Source: Dehalococcoidia bacterium (GTDB lineage: Bacteria > Chloroflexota > Dehalococcoidia > Bin125). From it: a stretch of 64,000 nucleotides of DNA. Below, piece by piece: positions 31,635 to 41,470 of the stretch (position 1 is the first letter of the stretch; the number at the start of each line of letters is the position of its first letter). A program made the translations under genes and the position numbers. Under the pieces are notes generated by a model. It did not search any database. It had not been told where the DNA came from and saw only the letters and a program-made list of their open reading frames with translations. Location of the stretch: positions 148,294-212,293 of the forward strand of contig OZ252031.1 in NCBI GenBank assembly GCA_965247775.1. Direction: 5' to 3'.

Positions 31635-32936
31635 ATGCGTCGACTGCTTCCGCTGTTTCCGGTTGCTCTGATGGTGGCGGTTGCGCTGGCGGCCTGCGGG
31701 GCGGATGACGGCGGCGACTTCAACGAGGTGACGCGAAGCTCCAGCGAGTCGGCTGGGTTCGACATGGCCGACTCGCCGGCCTTCGATGAGGCTGCCCTGG
31801 AGGAGGAGGCGCTGCTGCTGGAGTCCGCCAACGACGCCTTCGACTTCGCGGAGGAGCAAGTCGCGGCGGCGGCGGTCGCGCCGGAGCCCGAGCCGTCGTC
31901 GGCACCGTCGCCCAGGGACGGCGGGGGCGGAGACGCGGCGCTGCAGATCAGCGAGCGGCGCGTGATCTCCACGGGCTTCGTGAGCATGGAGGTGGAGGCG
32001 ATCCAGAGCGCCGTGGATCAGATTCAGCTGACGGCGGAGTCGCTGGGGGGGTTCGTGGAGAATCTCTCGATCGACGGGGACGACGCGGAGGGCTTCGCGG
32101 AGATGACGATCCGCGTACCGCAGGACGAATTCTTCACGGCGCTGGAGCGGATCCGGCGTCTGGGCGACGTGGAGAGCGAGAATCTGGACGCGCAGGACGT
32201 GACGGAGCAGTTCATTGACCTGGAGGCGCGGCTGACCAGCGCGGTGTGGGAGGAGGACAGCCTGCTGGCCCTGCTGAAGGAGGCGCGGAGCGTCTCGGAT
32301 GTGCTGATGATCGAACGGGAGCTGACGCGGATCCGGTCGGAGATCGAACGCCTGCAGGGGCAATTGAACTTCCTGGAGCGGCGCGTCTCGCTGGCGACGC
32401 TCTCGCTGTCATTGTTCACGCCGTCGGCGATCCGCACGGAGCCGCCCTCGGCATCGTACGGGGTGGACGTGGGGGACGTGAGCGAGGCAATCAGCCGGGT
32501 GGAGGAGGTCGCGGCGTCGTTCGACGGGCTCGTCGACAGCTCCGTGATCTCGATCGACGAGGGCGAGGCGACGGGGTTCGTGGCGGTTCGGGTGCCGCGC
32601 GACGATTTCGACCGGGCGATCCTGGCGGTGGAGGATCTGGGCGACGTGCGCAGCAAGCAGGTACGAAGGGGCGAACTGTCGGACGACCCGGCGGCGGCCT
32701 TGGGCGAGGAGCCGGACGCGTGGATCGAGGTGCGGCTGCGCGAAGACGACGATGGTACCGACGCGGGGATCATCGCGGCGATCGTCGTGCCGTCGGTGTT
32801 CGTGGGGCTGCTGGTGATCGTGGGGGCGTTTTGGATCGGGCGGCGCGGGCGCGGCGGGCCGGCTCGGCCGGCAGAAACGCGCGTGGCTGCGCCTGAAGAC
32901 GGCAATGCGGAGGCGGGCGAGGACGAGAACGCCTAG
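31635..32936 (+). CDS. DUF4349 domain lipoprotein with C-terminal TM anchor
   Basis: Lipobox ALAAC. GGFV, T.RVP, DVT..F.DL.ARL and IE.L.GQL..L motifs. A second similar RVP unit and a C-terminal TM. Confidence 0.85.
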   Translation: MRRLLPLFPVALMVAVALAACGADDGGDFNEVTRSSSESAGFDMADSPAFDEAALEEEALLLESANDAFDFAEEQVAAAAVAPEPEPSSAPSPRDGGGGDAALQISERRVISTGFVSMEVEAIQSAVDQIQLTAESLGGFVENLSIDGDDAEGFAEMTIRVPQDEFFTALERIRRLGDVESENLDAQDVTEQFIDLEARLTSAVWEEDSLLALLKEARSVSDVLMIERELTRIRSEIERLQGQLNFLERRVSLATLSLSLFTPSAIRTEPPSASYGVDVGDVSEAISRVEEVAASFDGLVDSSVISIDEGEATGFVAVRVPRDDFDRAILAVEDLGDVRSKQVRRGELSDDPAAALGEEPDAWIEVRLREDDDGTDAGIIAAIVVPSVFVGLLVIVGAFWIGRRGRGGPARPAETRVAAPEDGNAEAGEDENA

Positions 32937-33036
32937 CCGCGCGGGGGAAGGGGCGGCGTTGGGGCGTCGCCCGTCCGCCCCCGGCTAGGCGATTCCCCGA
33001 TTGGCTGTGATAGGGGGTTGCCCTACCGTCGGGGGC

Positions 33037-33765
33037 ATGTCCAGTTTGCTTTCAACAGTGCTGCGGCTGCCGACGCTGGTCACGTTCTTCGTGATCCTGG
33101 CCCTGAGCTTGGTACTGATCGTAGAGGGGCCAGCGGGCGCGCAGGAGGAGCCGGGCGGGCAGGAGGAGCCGGGTGGGGAGGGGGAGCAGGAGCCCGAGGC
33201 GGGGGTGGAGGACGGCGATGCGGGCGCGGGCTTGGCGGAGAGCGTGATCCAGCCGATCGCGGGGGGCTGGTCGTTGCTGGCGAACACGGGGCCGGCGGCG
33301 TCACCGTCGGCGCTGCTGGCGCCGATCAGCGATCTGGTGACGGCCGCGTTCACCTTCGACGCGGAGCGGAAGCGGTTCCGGTCGTTCCGCGCGGGGCAGC
33401 CGGCGCTGAGCGACCTGCGCGTGATCGAGGAGGGTGAGGCGTTCTTGGTCTTCGTGCCGCCGGAGCGGCTGGGGGGCGACCTCTCGTTCCTGGAAGTGCC
33501 GGCGGGGGTGCGGGGCTTGGCGGCGGAGTTGCAGCCCGGCTTCACGCTGGCGGGCTGGACGGGCAGCGACGGTGTGCGGATCAGTGCGGCGCTGGACGGG
33601 CTGCCGATGCCCCGGGCGTTCCTCTGGCAAACGGCGACACAGACGTTCGTGATCTGGGACCCACAGCTGCCGGTGACACTGCGGGAGGACTTCGCGCTGG
33701 AGTACGGGGCTGGGCTGTGGGTCGACCTGGGGGGCAGCCAGCCGGTGGTGTGGGAGCAGCCCTAG
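33037..33765 (+). CDS. Hypothetical exported protein
   Basis: Signal peptide, acidic linker and two repeated GW/GF.L units. Confidence 0.7.
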   Translation: MSSLLSTVLRLPTLVTFFVILALSLVLIVEGPAGAQEEPGGQEEPGGEGEQEPEAGVEDGDAGAGLAESVIQPIAGGWSLLANTGPAASPSALLAPISDLVTAAFTFDAERKRFRSFRAGQPALSDLRVIEEGEAFLVFVPPERLGGDLSFLEVPAGVRGLAAELQPGFTLAGWTGSDGVRISAALDGLPMPRAFLWQTATQTFVIWDPQLPVTLREDFALEYGAGLWVDLGGSQPVVWEQP

Positions 33766-33775
33766 GACCCGGCCT

Positions 33776-34699
33776 CTAGTCCTCGCCCTCTGTGGTCCCC
33801 GCGACGAACGTCGTGGAGGTGGGGAGGCGCCGCCGCATGACGTCGATGGCCTCCGGATTGTCGTCGATGAGGAGGAAACGGCGGCCGAGTCGCGCGGCGA
33901 CGGCGCCGACGGTGCCGCTGCCGGCGAAGGGGTCGAGGACGAGATCGCCGGGGTTGCTGGAGGCACGGAGGATGCGCTCGGCCAAGGCCGCGGGTTTCTG
34001 GGTGGGGTAGCCGGTGCGCTCGGCGCCGCTCGTGGGGACGACGGTGTGCCACCAGGTGTCGGTGGGGAGCTTGCCCCTGGCGGCCTTCTCCGGGCCGACG
34101 AGGCCGGGGGCCATGTAGGGGATGCGGTCGATGTCGTCGGTGTTGAAGGTGTAGCGGGCGGGGTCCTTGACGTAGAGGAGGATGGTGTCGTGCTTGGCGG
34201 GCCAGCGGCGCCTGGGGCGGCCTCCGAAGTCGTAGGCCCAGATGATCTCGTTGAGGAAGCAATCGCGGCCGAAGATCGTGTCGCAGAGCACTTTGATGTA
34301 GTGCACCTCGCGGGCGTCAAGGTGGAGGTAGAGCGAGCCGGCGGGGGTGAGGAGGCGGTGCACCTCGCGCAGGCGGGGTTCGAGGAAGGCGGGGAAGTCG
34401 TCGAAGGCGTCGGGGTAGGCGTGGACGGACAGCGTCTGGGTGCGGTAGCGGCGGCCACCGAAGCCCGCTCGGGCACCCTGGGGGTTGGCGGTGGTGCGGA
34501 GGCGCTCGTGGCGGCGGCGGGCGCCGGTGTTGAAGGGGGGGTCGGCGTAGACGAGGTGGACGGAGGCGTCAGGGAGGGCGCGGAGGAGGGGGAGGTTGTC
34601 CCCTAGGACGACCCGATCGGCGGAACACCGTCCCCCTTTGACAGGATCAGGGTGGACGGCGTCGTGCTGAGGAGATTCAGCGGTTGACTCCGCAGACAC
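33776..34699 (-). CDS. Site-specific DNA methyltransferase (beta class, N6A/N4C); start uncertain
   Basis: Motif IV YADPPF N-terminal, then YPTQKP, then motif I DPFAGSGT C-terminal. Confidence 0.9.
   Translation of the reverse strand: MSAESTAESPQHDAVHPDPVKGGRCSADRVVLGDNLPLLRALPDASVHLVYADPPFNTGARRRHERLRTTANPQGARAGFGGRRYRTQTLSVHAYPDAFDDFPAFLEPRLREVHRLLTPAGSLYLHLDAREVHYIKVLCDTIFGRDCFLNEIIWAYDFGGRPRRRWPAKHDTILLYVKDPARYTFNTDDIDRIPYMAPGLVGPEKAARGKLPTDTWWHTVVPTSGAERTGYPTQKPAALAERILRASSNPGDLVLDPFAGSGTVGAVAARLGRRFLLIDDNPEAIDVMRRRLPTSTTFVAGTTEGED
34628..34659. repeat. Degenerate palindromic REP-like element in the methyltransferase 5' region
   Basis: ccgtcc-ccctttgacaggatcagggt-ggacgg resembles the units at 46813-46920. 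Translates as VHPDPVKG. Confidence 0.5.
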
Positions 34700-34700
34700 G

Positions 34701-35438
34701 CTACTGCTCCGGCCTCGGGCGCGGGCGGGAGGCGGTCTGGGGCTCGGCGTCGCCACGGCGGTCCTGCTCGTAGCGAGCTTCCTCCGCCTCCTCGCGTTTC
34801 TGCGCCCGCTCTGCCTCGACCTCCTCCAACTCGCGTCCCAAGCCTTCTTCGGCCATCTGCTCGGGGGAGCGCTGCTCGACCTCGGCGTCGAAGGGGACGC
34901 CGAGGAGGGAGTAGGTGCGCCCGCCGAGGTACTGGAGGGGCTTGTACTCGTCGTCGGCGAGGCTCCAGCGGCCGGCGTCGAAGTCCCAGGCGTCGGAGTC
35001 GGCCTGGGCGGCGACGACGCGGCCGACGAAGAGGGTGTGGTCGCCGGTGGTGTAGTGGTCGTGGAGGGTGCACTCGACCCAGCCGACGCAGCCTTCGAGC
35101 AAGGGGGCGCCGATGACCTTGGCCTTGAAGTAGGGCAGGCGGGAGCCCTCCAGCTTGTCGCCCTGCACGCCGCTGACCATACCGAGCCACTGGGTGTGGT
35201 TGACGACGACCTTGCTGGGGAAGTTGAGAGCGAACTCTTCGCCGAAGGTGATCATGTCGTGGCTGTGGCGGGAGGGGTGGACGGCGATGGCGACGAGGGG
35301 CGGGCTGACGCTGGTGGGCATGGCCCAGGCGACGGGGAAGGCGTTGGCGACGGCGCGCCAGCGGGTGGTGACGATCGTGACGGGGGCGCCGCCGAGCAGG
35401 CGGCGGGCGTCGGCATCCTCGAGCTTGCGGCGGGGCAT
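34701..35438 (-). CDS. Flavin reductase family protein
   Basis: P.S..PPLV, EFALNFP and GDHTLFVG motifs. Confidence 0.88.
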   Translation of the reverse strand: MPRRKLEDADARRLLGGAPVTIVTTRWRAVANAFPVAWAMPTSVSPPLVAIAVHPSRHSHDMITFGEEFALNFPSKVVVNHTQWLGMVSGVQGDKLEGSRLPYFKAKVIGAPLLEGCVGWVECTLHDHYTTGDHTLFVGRVVAAQADSDAWDFDAGRWSLADDEYKPLQYLGGRTYSLLGVPFDAEVEQRSPEQMAEEGLGRELEEVEAERAQKREEAEEARYEQDRRGDAEPQTASRPRPRPEQ

Positions 35439-35545
35439 GGGTACTCCTTGCGGGGCGATCGTACCGAGCCGCGCGGCCCCACGCACCGTGCGCCGGTTGC
35501 GTTGGCACCGCCGCTAGGATGCGCGGGCGAGGAGAGGCGTCGCCG

Positions 35546-36737
35546 ATGGTGGATTTCGCCGATACGCCGGAGCAGGCCGCGTTCCGGCGCGAGGTGCGAA
35601 CGCTGATCGGGGAGCGCTACGAGCCGCTGCGGCGGGCGATCCGGGAGGAGGCGCGGGAGGCGCCGCCGTTCACGGAGACGCCGTCGAAGCGTGCGTGGCT
35701 GACGGCGCTGGCGGGGTGGGGCTGGATCGCGCCGGCCTGGCCGGAGGCGTACGGGGGGGGCGGGGATGGGGGTGCTGGAGCAGTTCATCTTCAATGAGGA
35801 GATGGCGGAGGCGCGGGCAGAGGGTCCGAACATCCTGACGACCGGCTTCATTGGGCCGACGATCATCGCGCTGGGGACGGCGGAGCAGAAGCGGGAGCAC
35901 CTGCCGCCGATCTTGCGCGGAGAGACGGTCTGGTGCCAGGGCTACTCGGAGCCGGGGTCGGGATCGGATCTGGCGTCGTTGCAGACGCGGGCGGTGCGCG
36001 AGGGCGACGACTGGGTGCTGAACGGGCAGAAGATCTGGACCAGCGGCGCGCACGTCGCCGACTTCATGATCCTGCTGGCGCGGACAAACCCGGACGCCCC
36101 GAAGCACAAGGGGATCACGTACTTCGTGCTGGACATGCGGTCGCCGGGGGTAGAGGTACGGCCGCTGCTGAATCTGGCCGGTAGGCACGAGTTCAACGAG
36201 GTGTATTTCGAGGATGTGCGCGTCCCGCAGCAGAACGTGATCGGCGAAGTGGGCCGGGGCTGGTACGGGGCGGTGACGACGCTGGACTTCGAGCGGAGCC
36301 GGATCGGCTCGGCGGTGGGGATCGGGCAGGCGGTGGAGTCGTTGGTGCGCTGGGCGAAGCAGGAGGCGGAGGGGCGTTCGCGGCTCGGGCGTAGGCCGCG
36401 GCTGCGGCTGGCGCTGGCGGATCGGGTCATCGAGGCACAGATCGCACGGATGATCTCGTACCGGATCGTGACGATGCAGGCGGCGGGCGAGATCCCGAAC
36501 CATGAGGCGTCGATGGGGAAGCTGTACGCGATGGAGTTGAATCAGCGTATCGCGGCGACGGCGGTGGAGGTGTTCGGACTCCACGCGCTGCTGACGGCGG
36601 CGGAGACGCGGCCCCCGCGGTACGGGATGTACGCGTACGGCTACCTGCGGGCGGTGGCGAACACGATCGAGGGGGGCACGAGCGAGATCCAGCGGAATAT
36701 CATCGCGACGCGCGGGCTGGGGCTGCCGCGGTGGTGA
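35546..36737 (+). pseudogene. Acyl-CoA dehydrogenase with +1 frameshift in a G8 run (35753-35760)
   Basis: N-part MVDFADTPEQ...WPEAYGG and C-part CQGYSEPGSGSDLA, NGQKIWTSGA, GGTSEIQRNII. Removing one G restores YGGAGMG. May be a sequencing error. Confidence 0.85.
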
Positions 36738-36740
36738 GGG

Positions 36741-38033
36741 TTACTTCGGCGCGCTCGCGACCTGGGGGATGGCCTGGAAGCCATGGGGGAGAGCGAGGAC
36801 GGAGGCGCGCTCCTCGTGGCGCTGGCGGTGGTCCGCGGCGAGGCGGGCGACGGTTTCCTCGACATCGGCGATGGGCTGGAGGTGGGCGGCGCGGACGGCG
36901 TCGTCGTCCAGGGCGGAGCGGACGTGGACGGTCGCCTTCTGCTGGACGGCGACCTGCATCTGCACCTGCCACTGATCGATCAGGTGGACGTCGGGCTGGA
37001 GGAGGCGCTGCATGAGCGCGTCGGGGCTGTCCTCGGCGGCGAGGAGGTCGACGTATTCGGCGCCGCCGACGCCCTCGCGGCACTCCGCCGCTAGGACGAT
37101 GTCGCCGCCGGGGCGGACGCCGAGAGCGGCGGAGACCATGCCCTTGACGCTCTGGTAGAGGTTGAGGTCGGCGGGGTAACCGCCGTTGCAGCCGACGACG
37201 ATGTCGTACGGGGCGTCGATGGGGCGCAGGGCCTGGCGGTCGACCTGGGCGATGGCAGCGTCGTGGGCGGCGAGGAGGTCGCCGCAAAACACGCCGGTGA
37301 CGCGCTTGTCCGGGTCCAGGGTGACGTTGCAGAGGAAGCCGAGGTCGGAGGCGAGGGCGATGCGGCGGCAGTCCTCGAAGACGGGATTGCCCTCGGCGAC
37401 GCAGTAGGTGGCGCCGGCGCTGGCGAGGTTGGCGACGCCGTGGTTGCGCATGATGTTGTGGGCCGAGGCGACGCCTGGGAAGACACCCTTCCCGCCGCCG
37501 CTGTAGCCGGCGAAGAGGTGGGGTTCGACGAAGCCCGTGACGAGGCGGACCGTGGCCTGCATATAGGCCGCGTTGAGGTAGACGCCGCCGCGCGGCTCGT
37601 CCGGGTAGCGCTCCAGGAAGATCTGCTGGTCTGGGTCCCGAGCGTCGTGCATGACGGTGCGGTAGGAGGCCGCGACGTCGTCGCCGAGCAGGGTGGCGAC
37701 CTCGGCGGGGGTCATGGGGCGGTGCAGGCCGCCGCCGACGATGAGCGTGATCTGGTGGTGGGGGACGCCGGCGGCGGCCAGGGCCTCGAGCAGGGCGGGG
37801 GCGATGAGGGTGTTGGGGACGGGGCGGGTCATGTCGCTGAAGACGATGGCGACGTGGTCGTCGGGGGTGACGAGGTCGGTGAGGGGCGGGGAGCCGATGG
37901 GCTCGGCGATGGCGGCGCGGAGCGCGGCGGGGACGTCGGGGAGGGGCGGGACGAGGACGGGTTCGAGGACGTCCGTCCAGTCTGGGAGGTCGACGGGGAG
38001 GCCGTCGTCGCCGTAGGCGAGGTGGAGCCGCAT
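36741..38033 (-). CDS. larA: Nickel-dependent lactate racemase family (LarA)
   Basis: SDMTRPVP, GLHR, HDA, EPHLFAGYSGGGK and NLYQSVKG motifs. Confidence 0.9.
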   Translation of the reverse strand: MRLHLAYGDDGLPVDLPDWTDVLEPVLVPPLPDVPAALRAAIAEPIGSPPLTDLVTPDDHVAIVFSDMTRPVPNTLIAPALLEALAAAGVPHHQITLIVGGGLHRPMTPAEVATLLGDDVAASYRTVMHDARDPDQQIFLERYPDEPRGGVYLNAAYMQATVRLVTGFVEPHLFAGYSGGGKGVFPGVASAHNIMRNHGVANLASAGATYCVAEGNPVFEDCRRIALASDLGFLCNVTLDPDKRVTGVFCGDLLAAHDAAIAQVDRQALRPIDAPYDIVVGCNGGYPADLNLYQSVKGMVSAALGVRPGGDIVLAAECREGVGGAEYVDLLAAEDSPDALMQRLLQPDVHLIDQWQVQMQVAVQQKATVHVRSALDDDAVRAAHLQPIADVEETVARLAADHRQRHEERASVLALPHGFQAIPQVASAPK

Positions 38034-38068
38034 GGGGCGAGGCTAGCGCGGCGCGCTAGGCTCGATCC

Positions 38069-38272
38069 ATGCGCGAGGGCGAAGGCGCGACGCGGGGCGA
38101 GCGGCGAGAGCAGAAGCAGCGCAAGCGGCGCCGCGCGATGCGGTTGCATGGGGCGTCGTTGCGGCGGGTCTATGCAGCGGCCGTGCGCAAGCGGGTAGGA
38201 CGCCTGCGTCGCGGGAGAGACAGACGATCCTCGCGGGAGGAAGGCGAGGAGGGCCCAGCCGGAGCGGCCTAG
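38069..38272 (+). CDS. Small basic hypothetical protein
   Basis: 67-aa ORF (QKQRKRRRAMRLHGASLRRVY) filling the gap divergent from larA. Confidence 0.5.
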   Translation: MREGEGATRGERREQKQRKRRRAMRLHGASLRRVYAAAVRKRVGRLRRGRDRRSSREEGEEGPAGAA

Positions 38273-38739
38273 ACCTCGGTGAAGGTGGCGGAGTGGGTGA
38301 CGGTGATGGCGTCCTTGACGCTTTCGTGGGCAGGGCAGCCGGCGGGGTAGACGCGGAGGGCGCGCTCGGCGGTTTCGCGCGTGCCGAAGGGGATCTCGAC
38401 GCTGAAGTCGATATGGATCTTGGTGATGCGGATGGTCTGATTATCCGGGCCCTCGATGGCGCCGTCCACGGTGGCGCCGTAGGTGTCCCGGTTGAACTTG
38501 ACTTTGCGAGCCGCCAGAGCCCCGGCGAAGGTGCCGAACAGTCAACCGCCGACGGCGGCGACGATGTGGTCGAGCGTGGCGGGGCGGGAGGGGACGGTGT
38601 CGGGGACGTTGTAGTGCTCCCGGAGCTTGCCTTGCTGGCCGTAGAGGACGGGCTCCGCGGTGTCGCCGAGGTAGGCATGGCGCACGCCGTCCCTGAAGAC
38701 GAGCGTGTTGATGGAGTGGTACTCGAAGTGATCGGCCAT
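38269..38739 (-). CDS. OsmC-like selenoprotein (Sec at UGA 38542-38544)
   Basis: Two ORF-track pieces are in one frame, separated only by TGA in AAVGG-U-LFGT, the OsmC first-Cys position. Second Cys in GCPAHES. SECIS-like hairpin at 38512-38527. Confidence 0.85.
38512..38527 (-). promoter_or_regulatory. Candidate bacterial SECIS element
   Basis: CGCCGG-GGCU-CUGGCG stem-loop starting 14 nt after the UGA. The loop starts with G. Confidence 0.7.
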
Positions 38740-38978
38740 GTCGTGCCTCGTTCCGCGTGCCTGTGGTGGGGTCGATCCTACGCCACCGGGCGGGTCCGGC
38801 GGCACGTCGCGGCACAGAGGCGGGGGCCGGCCGGGGCAGGCGGGGCCGGGATTTCACGCTCCCCTCACACAGGCGGGGAACCTCTGGGGCGGTACGGGCG
38901 TTGGGTTGGCGGGACGCGGCGGTGGCAATGGCGCCGCCAGCAGGAGTCGAGACGGAGAGCTGAAAGGGAGCGCAGCCC

Positions 38979-39164
38979 GTGAGTCTTCCCCGCTTCGCCC
39001 GCCCGCTTGATCCGCCCGTTGCGAGCGCCGGCGCCGCACCCCCGCGGCGCGCGCGGTCCGACGCGCGACCATCGGACGTGGGCTTGCCGGCCCCGCTGGC
39101 CGCCGCCTATCTGGACGCCTTGCGGCGGGCGTCCGAGATCCATCGAGGCGGGGCGCCGCACTGA
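38979..39164 (+). CDS. Possible small hypothetical protein
   Basis: AAGGGAG RBS before a GTG. 61 aa with an amphipathic C-terminal helix (LAAAYLDALRRASE). Confidence 0.35.
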   Translation: MSLPRFARPLDPPVASAGAAPPRRARSDARPSDVGLPAPLAAAYLDALRRASEIHRGGAPH

Positions 39165-39224
39165 GCGGGGAGCGGCCCGGCGGCTTCGGCGGCAGGCCGG
39201 TGAGGCCCGCCGCGGGGGGGGGCG

Positions 39225-39842
39225 CTAGGCCCGGCGGGCGCGGCTCAGGATGTAGGCGTCGTGGGCGCGATGGAGGTTGCGGCCGTACTCGAGGTAGCGG
39301 TCGTTGAGGAGCTGGCCGAAGTCCTTGCGGGTAACGGTGCGGCGGGCCCAGCCGCTGCCATCGGGGAGGTCGTCCAGGCGGGTAGCGGTGGCGCAGAGGA
39401 AGAGTTGGTAGCGTTCGGTCCCGGCCGGGTAGTCGTGGTTGTCGGAGGTGGCGCGCATTTCCAGGCGGCTGTGCTGGAACCAGTCGCCGATGCGGATGCC
39501 CCACTCGCCCTTGGCGATGGGGCCGAGCCAGCGTTCGAGGGCGGCGGCGGGACTCCTGCGCCTGCCGGCCGAGTCGACGGCGGCCGCATCGACGTCGAGG
39601 GTTGGGACGACGAGGAGATCGGAGCCCTCGGCGCGCACGACGACGGGGCGGTCCTTGTGCCAGGTGAGGAGGTAGACGCGCTCGACCTGGTCCAGGGGGG
39701 GTACCTGGTCGGTCTCAACGAGTTCGCCCAGCCACTGGTCGCCGAGCTGTTTCTCCCGCTTCCAGTTGCGGAGTTTGCGGGCGCGGGCGGCGGCGACTTC
39801 CGCGCCCTTCTGCTCCAACTGGGCCTGCGTCCTGGGATCCAT
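39225..39842 (-). CDS. Hypothetical protein
   Basis: GGAGG RBS, typical codon usage, no recognised motif. Confidence 0.75.
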   Translation of the reverse strand: MDPRTQAQLEQKGAEVAAARARKLRNWKREKQLGDQWLGELVETDQVPPLDQVERVYLLTWHKDRPVVVRAEGSDLLVVPTLDVDAAAVDSAGRRRSPAAALERWLGPIAKGEWGIRIGDWFQHSRLEMRATSDNHDYPAGTERYQLFLCATATRLDDLPDGSGWARRTVTRKDFGQLLNDRYLEYGRNLHRAHDAYILSRARRA

Positions 39843-39868
39843 CTGGGTACATCCTCCGTGCGAGGGAC

Positions 39869-40783
39869 CTAGCGGTTGGGCGCGCCCGCCGGCTTGCCGA
39901 GCGGCGCGGCGTCGCCGGCGGGCGCCAGCGGCGGCTCGGCGACGAACGTGCGCTTGCCCTCGTGCGAGCGCATGCGGCCGACCCCGGGGAAGGGCAGATG
40001 CACGGCAACGATGAGGTGGTCGCCCTCGACCGCCTCGCGGACAAGGCGCTTCTTGGTTTCCAGGCTGACGAGGGGGAGGACGTCGAAGGCGCTGATCCAG
40101 GCGGCGCGTTCGAGCTGGACGCGATGCTGGACGAGATCACCGATGTAAACGGCCGTCTCGCCGCCATCGCGGATGAGGACGGCGGCGTGGTCGGCGGTAT
40201 GGCCGGGGGTTTCGATGACGGTGATGGCGGAGGTGATCGGGGTTTCGCCGTCGATCAACTCCAGCTGGCCGGCCTCGGCGACGGGGGTGAGGTTGTCGGC
40301 CAGGTAGGCGGCGCGGGTGCGCTCGTTGGGGTGGCTGGCGGCGTCCCACTCGCCGCGCTGAGCGTAGTAGCGGGCGCGGGGGAAGGTGGGGCGCAGGGTG
40401 CCCTGGACGTGGCGGGTGTTCCAGCCGCAGTGGTCGTTGTGGAGGTGGGTGTTGATGACGATGTCGACATCGTTGGGCTGGACGCCGAGGCGGGCCAGGC
40501 CCTGCAAGAGGAGCCCGTGGTCGACGGACTCGCCGCGCTGGCGGAGAAGGGCGAAGTCCTTGTCGCCCTGGCCGGTCTCGATGAGGACGGTCTTGCCGTC
40601 GGACTTGAGGAGGAGGCAGTTGAGGGCGAGGGGCACCTGGTTGAGCGGGTTGAGGTCGTCGGTGAGGCGCTGCCACATGACCTTGGGGACGAGGCCGTGG
40701 ACGGCGCCGGCGTCGCGCCAGGCGCGGCCGTCGGAGACGATGGCGATGGGCAGCGATCCCACCTGATAGCGGGCAGCGGACAC
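39869..40783 (-). CDS. MBL-fold metallo-hydrolase (YtnP-like)
   Basis: DAGAVHGLVPK..W, THLHNDHCG, PGHT and FDVLP motifs. Confidence 0.9.
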   Translation of the reverse strand: MSAARYQVGSLPIAIVSDGRAWRDAGAVHGLVPKVMWQRLTDDLNPLNQVPLALNCLLLKSDGKTVLIETGQGDKDFALLRQRGESVDHGLLLQGLARLGVQPNDVDIVINTHLHNDHCGWNTRHVQGTLRPTFPRARYYAQRGEWDAASHPNERTRAAYLADNLTPVAEAGQLELIDGETPITSAITVIETPGHTADHAAVLIRDGGETAVYIGDLVQHRVQLERAAWISAFDVLPLVSLETKKRLVREAVEGDHLIVAVHLPFPGVGRMRSHEGKRTFVAEPPLAPAGDAAPLGKPAGAPNR

Positions 40784-40959
40784 CCGGTCCTCCCATTCCA
40801 ATGCCCGAGCGTAGCATCGGCGGGAGGCAGAGAGGCCCCGGCGGGGGCCGGGGCCTCTCTGGCGTCGCATTGGGGCCGTGGGGGTGGTCAGGCCCACCTT
40901 GGCCTGCCGTCCGCGCGAACGGCGGACGCGGCGGGCCCGGCCTCGCTGCGGCGTCGCAT

Positions 40960-41250
40960 CATCTCCCAGGCGCCGCCGACCACGGGCCCGACACCGATGG
41001 CAAGGGCGCCGAGGCCGAAGATGACCATGCCCATCGTGAGGAACCGCCGCCGGCCGTAGCGGTCGCCTATGGTGCCGCCGAGGACCAGGGTGTAGCCGTC
41101 GATGAACCCACTGCAGGGTGGCAGTGGAGGCGTTGAGGTCGCGGGAGATGGAGGGGAGTGCGGTGTTCACGACGGTGTTGTCGAGGAAGACCATGAAAGT
41201 GGTGAGCGACATGACCGCGAGGATCCACCAACGGCAGGAGACTTTGGACT
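40960..41250 (-). pseudogene. DHA2-type MFS transporter remnant (frameshift plus internal deletions)
   Basis: RWWILAV...DNTVVNTALPSI..DL..S...LQWV / DGYTLVLGG..GDRYGRRR / IGVGPVVGG compressed into about 100 codons. Confidence 0.75.
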
Positions 41251-41470
41251 GCGGCGGCGGCTCAGACGATGTCGCGGGAGGAGGCGGAGGCGATGGCCGG
41301 CGGGATCTTCCGGGTGATGGCGCAGGGGCTGGAGCCGCGTGGGGAGATGCGCCCCCGGAGCTGAGGGCGCGCCGGGGTGGGGCGACCGCGGCGGCAAGGG
41401 CGGGCCCATCTATACTGTCGGTCCGGCACTGGCGGTCTGGTCCCGTCGGTCTGGGGAGGGAGTGACGCCC

